Shown piece after piece: positions 52,346-64,000 of a stretch of DNA of 64,000 bases (positions are counted from its first letter, which is position 1; each line of letters opens with the position of its first letter). The notes below the pieces were generated by a model that made no database searches, had not been told where the DNA came from, and worked only from the letters and a program-made list of their open reading frames with translations. Location: positions 5,706,001 to 5,770,000 of the forward strand of contig CM075994.1 of the NCBI GenBank assembly GCA_038087875.1, read 5' to 3'. Made by a program: the position numbers and the translations under genes. Origin of the DNA: Malacoraja senta (taxonomy: Eukaryota).

Positions 52346-54880
52346 GAATAATTTCCAAATGATTGCGTGATACCTCTCAACCTGACCATTTCCAGTGGTG
52401 TTGGTGTTATTTTAATTGTTGCAATTCCTCTATTAGAAAGGTAGTCGTTTAAATATTTTGGCGTGAATAAGGTGCCCCTATCAGAATATATGTAACATGG
52501 ACATCCACAGAATGAAAACAGTTGATCTAACCATTTGATAACCGTAGCAGCTGACATATTTGGACAAGGAAAGGCAAATGGAAACCTTGAATATTCATCA
52601 ACTATGGTAAGTATATAAACATTTCGAGAGGAAGATGGTAAAGACCCTTTGAAATCAATACTCAAACGTTCCATAGGATGCGTAGCTTTGATCAATCTTC
52701 CTTCTTCAGGACGGAAGAACCTTGGTTTTAATTCAGCACAGATTCTACATGAAGCACACGTCATCTTCACGTCTTCTGTAGAGAAAGGTAAGTTTTTGGA
52801 ACGAACATAGTGCAACAAACGAGTGACTCCTGGATGATACAGCCCATTGTGAAAATCAGTAAGCGCAGAAGAATGAACAGAGGCAAAAAATGCTCCAGTT
52901 TATGTATCCGGAGCAACATTATCCTTACCAGGGCGGCACTCAATTGAAAAACTATATGCATATCATTCAATCCTCCATTCATGAATTTTATTGTTCTTAA
53001 TCTTCGTTCGTTTCCGATTATCCAGCATAAAAGCTACTGAACGCTAATCTGTTATCAAAGTGAAGTGCTGGCGAGCAAGGAAATGGCTCAATTTTCTCAC
53101 TACTTCAATAATTGCTGTAGCTTCCTTTTCGACGGGTGGGTTGTGCAAGTCACTACCCACCCGTAGAGTACGAGACATGAAAGCCACTGGTCGTCCTCTT
53201 TGATTTAATGTTGCTGATACTGCTAAATCAGAGGCATCACATTCAACGACAAACGGGAGTTCCTCATCGATGGCGTGTAATGTCGCAGATTATAATTGTT
53301 TCTTTAAAGACGTAAAGGCACCAATTGCTGTAGAGTCAAGGGGGGGAGATTTTCCTCTAATCAAAGGTTGAATTTTGTCAGAAAAATTTGGTATCCATTT
53401 AGCATAATATGCAAACATACCAAGAACCCTTCGTAGAGAATTTAATGAAGGTGGAACAGGTATCTCTTGGAGTGGGCGGAGTCTTTATGGATCAGGATTG
53501 ATTATATCATTTCCAACCCAATAATCAAGAATATTAATTGATGACACTGATGTTATTGACTTTGCCTCATTTAATGTTAGATTTTTAGAATGTACAACTT
53601 CTAAAAACAGTTGTACATTTTCGTCGTGTTCAGCTTGGTCTTTTCCTGCAATAGTTATATTAACAAGATAAGGGAAAGTATCTTTAATGTTTTCTTGTTC
53701 AACAAGTTTGCCCATCTCCCTCTGAAAAACAGCCACACCATTAGTTACACGAAAAGGAACTCTGCGGTAGTGGCATAATTTCCCATTTGCTTCAAATGCA
53801 GTGTATGTCTTCTCTGATTCTTTCAAAGGAATTTGGTAGTAAGCACTTTTTAGGTCAAAAGTAGGGAATATCTTATACTTACCTAATGTATTGATAATCT
53901 CTTCTATACGAGGTGATGGATACGCATCAAACTCCGTGAACTGGTATATAGTTTGAGAATAATCAATGCAGAGTCTCTTTCTGTGTCTCTCCAAGGAGGG
54001 TCCTTAACCAGCAGAACTTGTGCCCTCCAAGGGGAAGAGATGGGTTCTATGATACCTTCTCGTAAAAGATTAGTTACTACTGTGCTGATAATGTTTCTGT
54101 CATCTTTACTAAAATGTCTTGATTTTGTAGCAATTGGCTTGCACAGGGGATAAATTAGTGAATACTGAAGGACATTCAACAGATGCAGCAGATAAGAACA
54201 CACAATACTGGTGGCTTGGACAATTCAAGATCCGGCATAGTCCCTTCATACATTATTTGAAGTGATCTATGCTGCTTCTGAAAATCTGGAACCTCGAATT
54301 ATTTCGGTACACAAATTTTTCAAAATATCAAGGCATACAGTTTTATAACTAGTTTTGTTCAGAATAAAGTCTACAATGCAAGATCCAATAATTTGAGTAT
54401 TGAGAGTTGTCAGAGCCATCGAGATTTCTCTATTTCTAGGAATTATAGTTAGATTTAGTCGAGTCGCAACTTGTTCACTTACAATACATTCTGAACTGCC
54501 AGTATCAAGTAGTACATTAAGTGTATGGCCATTGATGGATAACGTTGTAGCTGCATGAGAGAAGCTCTGAGGAAATGCAGCTGTAATGCACATAAAGAGG
54601 GCTTATACATGGCAGCTGTCACAATTTTATTAGTTGCTTAGGACTTGCATACTCTAGAATAATGTCCCTTCTTGCCACAACTATTACAAGTTGCCCTTCG
54701 AGCAGGACATGTCTCTCTATTATGAATGTTACCCCCGCAAAAGTAACACTTCCTTTTCGAATAAGTATATGCTGCAGCAAGGGCACATTTATCAGTAGTA
54801 ATTGTTTCAGCTTGCTCCATATTAGTCTCGATGTCACACTGCTTAACTTCTGAGATTGAGTTGCTTAAATTGTTGTGAGG
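52345..54880 (-). mobile_element. Second Gypsy-type internal relic (gag knuckle, PR, RT, RH, IN); no LTRs seen
   Basis: CNSCGKKGHYSRVC; LLDTGS; FDLKSAYYQIPL; SPWRAQVLLV; CRICAELKP; SIDFKG; VDEYSRFPFAFP; SDRG. Confidence 0.92.
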
Positions 54881-55254
54881 CAAGTGAAACATTTACGCTA
54901 CTCGTAATTTACCTAAACTTTATTTAAGGTTTAAGCAACTCATTTCCGTAATACATTACTTCAAAGCGTCTGGAAAATATCGCTGATTCCGCAGGCCTCG
55001 CCGACCCGAGACCCCGCACAGTTGGCAGTGGCGAGTTAACTGTTACGGTCCTCCAGCGAGTTGTTTAACATTTAAATGAGCTTTAAATTCTTCGTCATGT
55101 GTTCCTGCTAACTTGTGATTGCGGTCCTCTATTTGAAATAGTCTACTATGACAGGTTAAATTACCGGTGGTATATAGGTCGCATTTCTTTCCTTTCCTGT
55201 GCTCCCGCCGTTGCATGAAGATTGAATAACGTCTCCAGAATAACTAATTCTATA

Positions 55255-55885
55255 ATAGACACAAAATGCAGGAGTAACTCAAGCAGCATCTCTGAAGATA
55301 AGGAACGGGTGACTTTTCGGATCGAGACTCTTCTTCAGACACGACACAAAATATGACCCATTCCTCCTATACATAGATGCTACCTGTCCTGCTGAGTTAC
55401 TCAAGCATTTTGTGTATATCTTCGATGTGAACCAGCACCTACATTTCCATCCAACAATAACTTAACCTACAGTTATGCAAAGTTATGTTACAAGCGGGTA
55501 CAGGTCCCTCAATGTTAGACAGTGCAATAATTGTGTAACGGATCAAATCCTTTGACCGCAAATAGGTACAAAGTGCTGGAGTCCCCCAGCAGCTCAGGCA
55601 GGAAATGGATAGGTGATATTTCGGTTCGGGGGTTTTCTTCGGAATGATTATACGGGGGGAGGAACAGGAAGCAGGAAAAGACAAGGACAAATCAGGGCCG
55701 GCAACAGATGACATCAAGCAGCGTGGGTCGGATAGGCCGATTGTTGGGTAAGGACGGTGAGATCCCAAGAGGGATACAAGAAACATCACCTATCCATTTT
55801 CTCCAGAGGTGTTGCCTGGCCCAGTGAGTTAGTCCACTGTTCCACCATTGTGTGTCTATCGTTGGTATAAACCAACATCTGCAGT
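55255..55885. mobile_element. Penelope-derived foldback repeats (~55255-55445 and ~55565-55885)
   Basis: gagtaactc..gcagcatctctg..gggtgacttttcgg..tcttcagac with inverted arms. Confidence 0.7.
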
Positions 55886-58289
55886 CACTTTTAATATATT
55901 TTAATTTTAACCGCGATTATTTAATTTTGAAACCACGCGCACTCGGGCAGATCTCTCAATTAAGGCAAGCTTTATTACAGTCGAAACATTTATGCTTAAC
56001 AGCCCTATTAACCCCATCAAAAGCAGGCGGATTGTCAGTAGTTTGGCTTGCAGTGTTTCCTGACACCAGTGGCGACCTTGTCCGAGGTGAAGTCCCAAAT
56101 AAAGAAAGACCCCGCGCTGCTTTATACTCCTGCTATAAGTGCGTCAGCAATGCACATTCTTTTGTCATTATGTCAACTTGCTGATTCCTTCTGGTATGCA
56201 TCTTATCTAATCTCCCCAAGCTCTGTTGCTCAAAAGACCTGGTCCACCAACTGCCCCTGCAGGACCACTACATCCTCAAATCTGGCATAGAGCCATCGAA
56301 ACAGTCTCCGGCACAACTGGCTCTTGACAACCAAATGACGCATCTACACTGATCCCAACTGCCGCGTTTGGCCCCTATCCCTCTATTCATGTTCAATCCA
56401 CGTACATGTTGAAAATGTCATTTAAATGTTATTATAGTATCTACCCCAACTATCTTCTCTGGAACTTCGTTCTAGATACTCACAGCCTTCTGTATGTAAA
56501 GACGCTCCGCAGGTTTCTATTAAGCCCCGTGCTTGTACAGTTTACACATCCATGGCACATACTATTTTGAGCAAAGAATTTATCTGGGCTATTAATGCGC
56601 TGACGTAAAACGGCACAACATGTGTATGTCATATTGGACCAAGTGCACTTTGATGTACCTGCAATAAATCGAGTAAGGTTAACTGTTGGTCTATGTAGGA
56701 AGGAACTGCAGATGGTGGTTTAAACCGAAGAACGACACAAAAATCTGGAGTAACTCAGCGGGACAGGCAGCATCTCTGGAGAGAAGGAATGGGAGAACTT
56801 TGGTGTCGAGACCCTTCTTCTGACTTTTGTTCATTTATGTCGCTTTTTCTGCAGCGCTCACTCGTGCCAATTCATTTGTTAATCATTGCCTTTATCGTTT
56901 AACCGGTATACACTATTAACATTACCAACATTGAGCACATTTTGCATCCATACTATATCAAAGATCTTACTGGGAGCTTCCTCGTTTGCTTTTAGTTTTC
57001 CCCTGTGGAGGATGAGCTAGAGATTTATGTGGGGGCACATTCGACTGCTGTTATGTTTGACATCTCAAAATGACACCCAATTGAAAATTGATTTCTTCGC
57101 ATCAGCTGAAAATATATTTGCATTACTGTTCTTCCAACATCTTTAAAACTGTGTGAACTTCGGGCGTCAGTACTGTAACACACTTGTAGGATTATTCATC
57201 GTTGCGCTTATTTTGTCTTTACTTTGCAGCATCTGCGGAAGAAGGTACGTATGCCGTCGTCTTTCCAAAGATAGACACTCACCGTCGTCTTTTCAGGTCT
57301 GTTTCCTGTTATAATGTTTTCTACACTGGCAATGTCTGGCCAGTGAAATTCTCATAGTTCCCCAGACACGTGAGTATCATCCGAGTTGCAGCAAGCAGAA
57401 TAACATTATTTAACTGCCATAAACACATCGACTTTGATGTCAGGGCGTTGTGAAATTTGACGGTGTAGGTTGATTACCGACCACATCACTTTGAAACGCT
57501 GCGGGCACCAACAGCTCTCCACATTATCATTACCACATTTTTCGTGTTTTTACCTGCTTACTGATTGCCTTTGATCCCATATCCTCCTCTGCGCATTAGC
57601 TAATCCTTCCGAATATTTTTCTATTCATCTTCTACGTTTAGGAATTTATTATTAATGTATCCATTTACAGAAGCGGACACAATTTTACGACACTCAGGTA
57701 AGAAGCTCCATTGTCTCAGATATCGTCTGAATATTAACCAGAAGACGTCCAGCGACGGCTGCAATATTTGTTTCACTTGAACAGCGAATATCGGGCAGAA
57801 CTTTAGTCTAGTAACTTTAGCCAAAGTAACTTTCACCGATTTATTTTGATTGACGTTTATTTAATTTAAACATTGCAATTGGCAATTCATCTTAGTAAGG
57901 TTCATTATCCTCAAGGGACTCCCGGAACGACATTAAAAAATAAAACGGACGAAGGAGAAATGAGATTGCCGCTAAATCGGCCAGAAACACCTTTAAAGAT
58001 ATTTAAATTGTGACCTTTTGTCTAGTTTATCGAGGTTCCGAAGATAACTTGATCAAATGCGATTTTTTTTTAATGGAACATATCTAATAAGCTGGTATGA
58101 ACTGCAAATGCTGGTTTAAACTGAAGATAGATACAAAAAGTTGAAGAAGGGTCTCGACCCGAAACGTCACCCATTCCTTATCTCAAGATATGCCACCTGT
58201 CCCGCTGAGTTACTCCAGCGTTTTGTGTCTATCTTTAACTTAATATAGTATGTCATGAACCAATTAAACGTACAGTAACTTCGTTGGAA

Positions 58290-59405
58290 ATATAGAAACA
58301 TAGAAACATAGAAACAGAGAAGCACCGCCATTCATTGTGATCATGGCTGATCGTCCCCTATCAATAACCCGTGCCTGCCTTCTCCCCATATCCCTTAACT
58401 CCACTAGCCCCTAGAGCTCTATCTAACTATCTCTTAAATCCATCCAGTGATTTACCTCCACTGCCCTCAGTGGCAGGGAATTCCATAAATTCACAACTCT
58501 CTGGGTGAAAAAAAAAATTCTCACCTGTCTTAAATGACCTCCCCTCTATTCTAACACTGTAGCCCATGGTTCTGGACTCGCCCAACATTGGGAACATTTT
58601 TCCTGCATCTCGCTTGTCCAGTCCTTTTATAATGTTATATGTTTTTCTAAGATATCCTCTCATCCTTCTAAACTCCAGTGAATACAAGCCGAGTCTTTTA
58701 AATCTTTCCTCATATGACAGTCCCGCCATCCCAGGGATCAATCCCGTGAACCTGCGCTGCACTGCTTCAATCACAAGGATGTCCTTCCTCAAATTAGGAG
58801 ACCAAAACTGTACACAATACTCCAGGTGTGGTCTCACCAGAGCCCTATACAACTGCAGAAGAACCTCTTTACTCCTATACTGAAATCCTCTTGTTATGAA
58901 GGCCAACATTCTATTAGCTTTCTTCACTGCCAGCTGTACCTGGAAGCCAACTTTCACTGACCGGTGCACAAGGACGCCCAGGTCTCGCTGCACCTCCCCC
59001 TTACCTAACCTTGCCCCATTGAGATAATAATCTGACCCCTTGTTTTTGCCGCCAAAGTGGATAACCTCACATTTATCTACATTATACTGCATCTGCCACG
59101 CAACTGCCCACTCACTCAACCTGTCCAGGTCACCCTACAACCTCCTAACATCCTCTTCAAAGCTCACACTGCAACCCAGCATTGTGTCATCCGCAAACTT
59201 GCTAGTGTTGCTCCTAATTCCCTCTTCCAAATCATTAATATATATGGTAAACAGTTGCGGCCCCAACAGCGAGCCTTGCTGCACTTCACTCGCACTGCTT
59301 GCCATTCTGAAAAGGACCCGTTCACTCCTACTCTTTGCTTCCAGTCTGCCAACCAATTTTCTATCCATGTCAACACCCTACCCCCAATACCATGTGCTCT
59401 AATTT
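58290..59405 (-). mobile_element. CR1 LINE, 5'-truncated
   Basis: QGSLLGPQLFTIYINDL, KFADDT, LVRPHLEYCVQFW; (CATAGAAA)n tail. Confidence 0.95.
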
Positions 59406-61134
59406 TATCTTGATCTTTCACCTGAATTGAGAAATTAATAAATGTATCCATACTAACAAGAACGATGTAAAAGAACATGTGGACAAATACATTGGTATGA
59501 TAGGATTAGAGGGATATGGGTCACACGCAGACAGGTGGGACGTGTAGTTGGGGCATGTTGGTCGGCATGTGCAAGTTGGGCCAAATGCCCGTGTTTCCGC
59601 TCTTTAACTGGAACCCACGGCTCACAATATTATCATTGTTTTGAATTCTTCAGAAACATTTCCTTTAAAAGCGAAATTATCGCTTTTCCTTGTAGAATCG
59701 GAATGGGCGACCATTAGCACGGGTGAGCAGTTTTACAAAATACTGAATTAGAAACTATTTTAGAAACTTGTTGAGGTATAAACAATGTATTTGTTCATGA
59801 GGACGCAATTCTTTGGAAAACGTCTGAAAATCGAACTCTCTTGATGTTGTTTCTGGTATTGCAGTGGAACAGAGTGCAAAGACTGCATGCATTTTCAATA
59901 ATCTCTGTGGTACCTAGGGATTAGAGACAGTCGCGGTTTCTTTTTTTCATAACATTTCCCGGTTTTTTTAATGGATTATCTCGTTACCTGATATATTATA
60001 TGCATAGATTAGTAAAATGTATGCTATTTAAACTCACCTAAGATGTAAGTAAGAATGGTTTATGTCCAGAAATAAAATTGCGTCAATATTAGACAACAAA
60101 AAACTATTAAATTTACAATGCAAAAGCTAAATATACTGGATGATTTCACCTTGAATCTAGGGCATGGATAGATATGATTGTAATCGTGCGACTCATCTCA
60201 AGGCATTGAATACGGTTGGATGTTCTTAGGTTATATCCAGAGGTCACATTAAATGTTCTGCAGCAACGGGTCATCTATGAGTGAGTGCGAAATACTGTCA
60301 AATGATAGGAAACAAGACATTATTATAAAGCAAAATAATTTTCAATCATGCATCTCATCACTTATTTTTCTCCCCAAGTAGATTACTTCACAAATTTCCT
60401 CCGCCTGCCCTCATAGACCTTCGGTCTCACAAGGCATGCCGGTACAGGGGACATGCATTGGTCTTCAAAGAAAGCGCAATTCAGTCAATATCTCATCTAC
60501 CTTTCTTTACCCTTTACCCCCGCCCATTTATAAGAACTATGCGATTATTCGATGAATCTGGTAAAGTAGACAAATATGTATTTTGTCCACTTGTTGCTCA
60601 AAAAACATCTAATACGAAAATATGGAAATATAGTGCTAAATGCAAGTGATTTTGCAGTACAGTATGGGTATTCGATGGAAAATACTTCATTTAATGATGT
60701 GACATATTACACACTTTAACTTATAGAGGACAAGTTGCGAAGAGCAGAAAATGGTATACGATGGTTTGATTTATTGAACAGGTTATTGTCACATGTGAAA
60801 AGTCACAGTGAAATTCTTTGCTTGCATACTCAAGTATGCAATTAGTGGCGATATAAAGGGAGCTGGCAAAGTTACAAAGCATCCCGCGCCAAGTCCGGCT
60901 TTGTTCTCCCTCTCTCCCCCCTCCCTCAAACCGAGTCCTCCTTAGTTCTCCCCCTCGCCGGGTCCTCCTTTCTTCGCCCCCTCCCCCTCCCGCTCACGGC
61001 CCCCCACGCATTAACCTGTATATCAAATTATCAAGGTTTCTGAAGAAAGCACATTTTGTGTTGATAGGATTATATTTACATTTGGTTTAAGCTGAATAAG
61101 TGCAATGTAGTACATTCCGTTAATATACACGACA

Positions 61135-61905
61135 TGCGGAACATTCCCAAAACAGCTTGGTTTGAAAGAAATTGCATTTTCTACAGTCTTACATTACAAA
61201 AAAAACGAAGACCCATACTTAACACAGTTTACACAAACATCCATCACAGTGAATCTCCACCACCTCCTCATTGTGATGGAAGGCAAAAGTATTATCTCTT
61301 CCCTTTGTTCTTCTCCCGCGGTCCAGCAGTTCAACTGCAGCGTCGAGGCGAACTGGAGCTCTCGATGTTAAAGCCCCCGGCGGGCGATGGTAAGTCCCGT
61401 GGCCGTTTAAATCGCGCCGGGCGATGTTAGGCCCCGCTCCGAGTCCTTTAAACACCGCGATTCCAGCGGAGGAAGTTGCCGTTGCGGGAGCTCCGAAAAG
61501 CGGTCTCCCACCAGGGACCTGCGGCCGGAGCCTCCGAAGCTCTGAAGTCGGGTCGCAGCCGCGCGGCACCACAGCTCTTCGCGCTCCGAAGACGGCCAGA
61601 TCCGCGATGTCAGGTCCGCAGGCTCCGCGACTGGAGCCCTCGGGTTGGTCCCGGCCGGAGGCCGCCGCCGGCTTTACGATGTTAGGCCCAACAACTTCGG
61701 AGAACCGACAGGGAAAAAGTCGGGTCCCCATACAGGGAAGAGAATAACGCCACCACCCACCGCCACCCCCCCCCCCCCACCGCCCACATATACACAGCTA
61801 AAGAAAAATAATAATTAAAAAAAGATTCAAGACATACATTTAATAAGACAGAAATTAAAAAAAGACAGACGGACTGTACTCGAGCCGCTGCCGATAGGCG
61901 CCGCA
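61135..61905 (-). mobile_element. GC-rich retroposon family B (diverged)
   Basis: Reverse complement shares cagtccgtctgtc head, ccctggtgggagaccgcttttcgg and accatcgcccgccgggggcttt. Confidence 0.85.
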
Positions 61906-62074
61906 CACCACATTAATTATATTACCTTAGTATATTACCTAAGCAAAAAGCATTATGAAACGAACTTAAAACGGAATGTCACAAATATTAAAATGATTTT
62001 GAGACAAGATTACAAACACAAGAAGGCATTTTAAATGTGCGCCGTTTGATGTTCAGGCAACAATTGCGCCGGAA

Positions 62075-62645
62075 GACCGCAGCTGGAGTATTGTATGCAG
62101 TTTTGATCTCTTAATTTCAGGAAGGACATTCTTTCTATTCAGGGAATATACCGTAGGTTCACCACCTTAATTCCCGGGATGCTGGGATTGACATATGATG
62201 AAATAATGGATCGACTGGGCTTGCATTCACTGGAATTTACAAGGATGAGAGAGGATCTCATAGAAACTGAAAATTGTTAAGGGACTGGACAGGCTAAATA
62301 CAGGAAAAATGTGCCCCATGTTGTTGGAGTCCATAACCTGGGGTCACAATTTACGAATAAGTGGCAGGCCATTGAGGACTGAGATGAGGAAAAACTTTTT
62401 CAGCGAGAGTGTTGTGAATCTGTGGAATTCTATGACACAGAAGGCAATGGAGGACAATTCACTAGATGTATTCCAGAGTTAGTTAGATAGATATAGCTCT
62501 TAGGGCGAGGTGAATAAAGGGATATGGGGGAAAAGCAAGATCAGGGTACTGATTCTGGGTGATCAGACATGATCATATTGAATGGCGGTGCTGGCTCGAA
62601 GGCCGGAATGGCCTACGCCTGCATCTATTTTCTATGTTTCTATTA
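62075..62645 (+). mobile_element. CR1 3' fragment
   Basis: ctggagtattgtatgcagttttg..gaatggcggtgctggctcgaaggcc; ttctatgtttcta tail. Confidence 0.9.
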
Positions 62646-63740
62646 TAATACGAAACATGATCATTGACGTCGTAGATAGAAATTGGCTATGGAAAATGTA
62701 TGCATGTCGAGGCTGGTGTTTGGTTTGCGTACAACCTGTCCTAGAATACACGAGAACACAAGGGCGTATGGGAACGGGAACAATAATGCAGTTGTTAAGG
62801 TTTCTCAGACAAAATATTCATGAGGTCTTCTATTTGTAAATAGTAAGCACTGCAGCTAACCTTGATTTTGCATGGAATGCCTTGACTTGGTGCAAGCGAT
62901 CAAATTGAATTCCATTCAAGCTCTACCGATTGTACAGAAACATATTATGATCAAATGGTGGTTGCGGAAGGGTGTGTAGGCGGGGAGGGGGGGAGTTGTA
63001 AGCGACGAGCGGTTAGAGGAAGTTGCCCAGGAATCATAAGTGCACGGTTTGCAAGTACGTGGCATGTCAATAGATAAATGACAAATGTGATTATGTTCTA
63101 CTTAGTCAACCGCCATGAACAAATTATTTCGCGGAAACATATCAACTAATTTATCCCCAATTACTGACATCATTCTTGCACCTTATCAAGAATAGGATTG
63201 GTGTATTCAGGCATCGTTGGAAATGACAATTAGCCTTTATACCGTACAATGCCAGAGGATAACCATATTCAACAAGGAAAAATAAACTACCCAGCTTTAT
63301 CGTATCACGATCGTTCAAACTTATCATAACCTTTCTCACCACTACCGAGAAAGAATTAGGCCAACCACACGTATACTGGGTTACTGCAGTAGATGAAATT
63401 ATATCTGTGTTCAATGATACACTTTCTGGCACGTTGCGGCCTTTCCATCGTTCTTGTCCCGAAAGTCTGATGTGTGAATGAGTATTGCCATGTCCTTGAA
63501 AGACTGCAACTCTGACAACACCCTCAAAAATCAAAGCACGCAGGCCACGGCATCCCTCATTAATGGCATTCCACGTACTCCACATCACATACATTATTAC
63601 TGTCACATCATCCTCTCGCAACCTATATGGTATTCAGCATTTTGAATGACCCGGGTGCTCCCATAACACCTTACAAACGTAAAGATTTGGAGAACATGCA
63701 CGGGAGCATGACAATCTGTATAATATCAATCGCGCACATC

Positions 63741-63743
63741 ATA

Positions 63744-63811
<68 letters not shown>

Positions 63812-63950
63812 TATAGATATATAGATATAGATATAGATATAGATATAGATATAGATATAGATATAGATATAGATATAGATATAGATATATAGATATATAT
63901 ATAGGTATATATAGATAGATAGATATATATAGAGATATATATATATATAT
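63741..63950. repeat. (TA)n / (GATATA)n compound microsatellite
   Basis: Direct reading. Confidence 0.95.
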
Positions 63951-64000
63951 CAATTTGCGTTTCGGTGGCAATGCCAACTAAAATTGTGCCGATCTTACTC

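Noticed and set aside
57283..57305. Minus-strand 23-nt exon-like segment (ETDLKRRR) resembling the TRIM 23-nt exon
   Set aside because: Weak acceptor and no flanking coiled-coil or B30.2 exons on that strand
63151..63621. 156-aa minus-strand ORF
   Set aside because: Non-ATG start and no recognisable domain; cannot be supported without a homology search

Overview
Eukaryotic, repeat-dominated window. The repeat set (HE1/V-SINE-like SINEs, many CR1 LINEs, Penelope-derived foldback repeats) suggests a cartilaginous fish, probably a skate or ray; this is inference. The only well-supported host coding sequence is a terminal B30.2 (PRY-SPRY) exon at 4011-4531 (+), with a likely 30-nt upstream exon at 1054-1083, from a TRIM- or butyrophilin-like gene whose 5' part lies outside the window. 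Most of the rest is transposable elements: a two-LTR Gypsy element with TSD/PBS/PPT (14654-21153), two more Gypsy relics, a Penelope element, a near full-length RTE LINE, many CR1 copies, Rex1 fragments, non-autonomous Helitrons, hAT- and Harbinger-type MITEs, and GC-rich non-autonomous retroposons (called families A and B here). The most notable observations are a four-level nested insertion (RTE > Rex1 > Helitron > hAT MITE), 22-bp TIR-only minimal elements with 8-bp TSD-like flanks, families A and B inserted within about 15 bp of each other at two independent loci, a covarying 3' stem-loop in family B, and a template-switch inverted duplication. I found no CRISPR array, RNA gene or convincing novel multi-gene system. 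TE boundaries were read by eye and are approximate unless a TSD or TIR is given.
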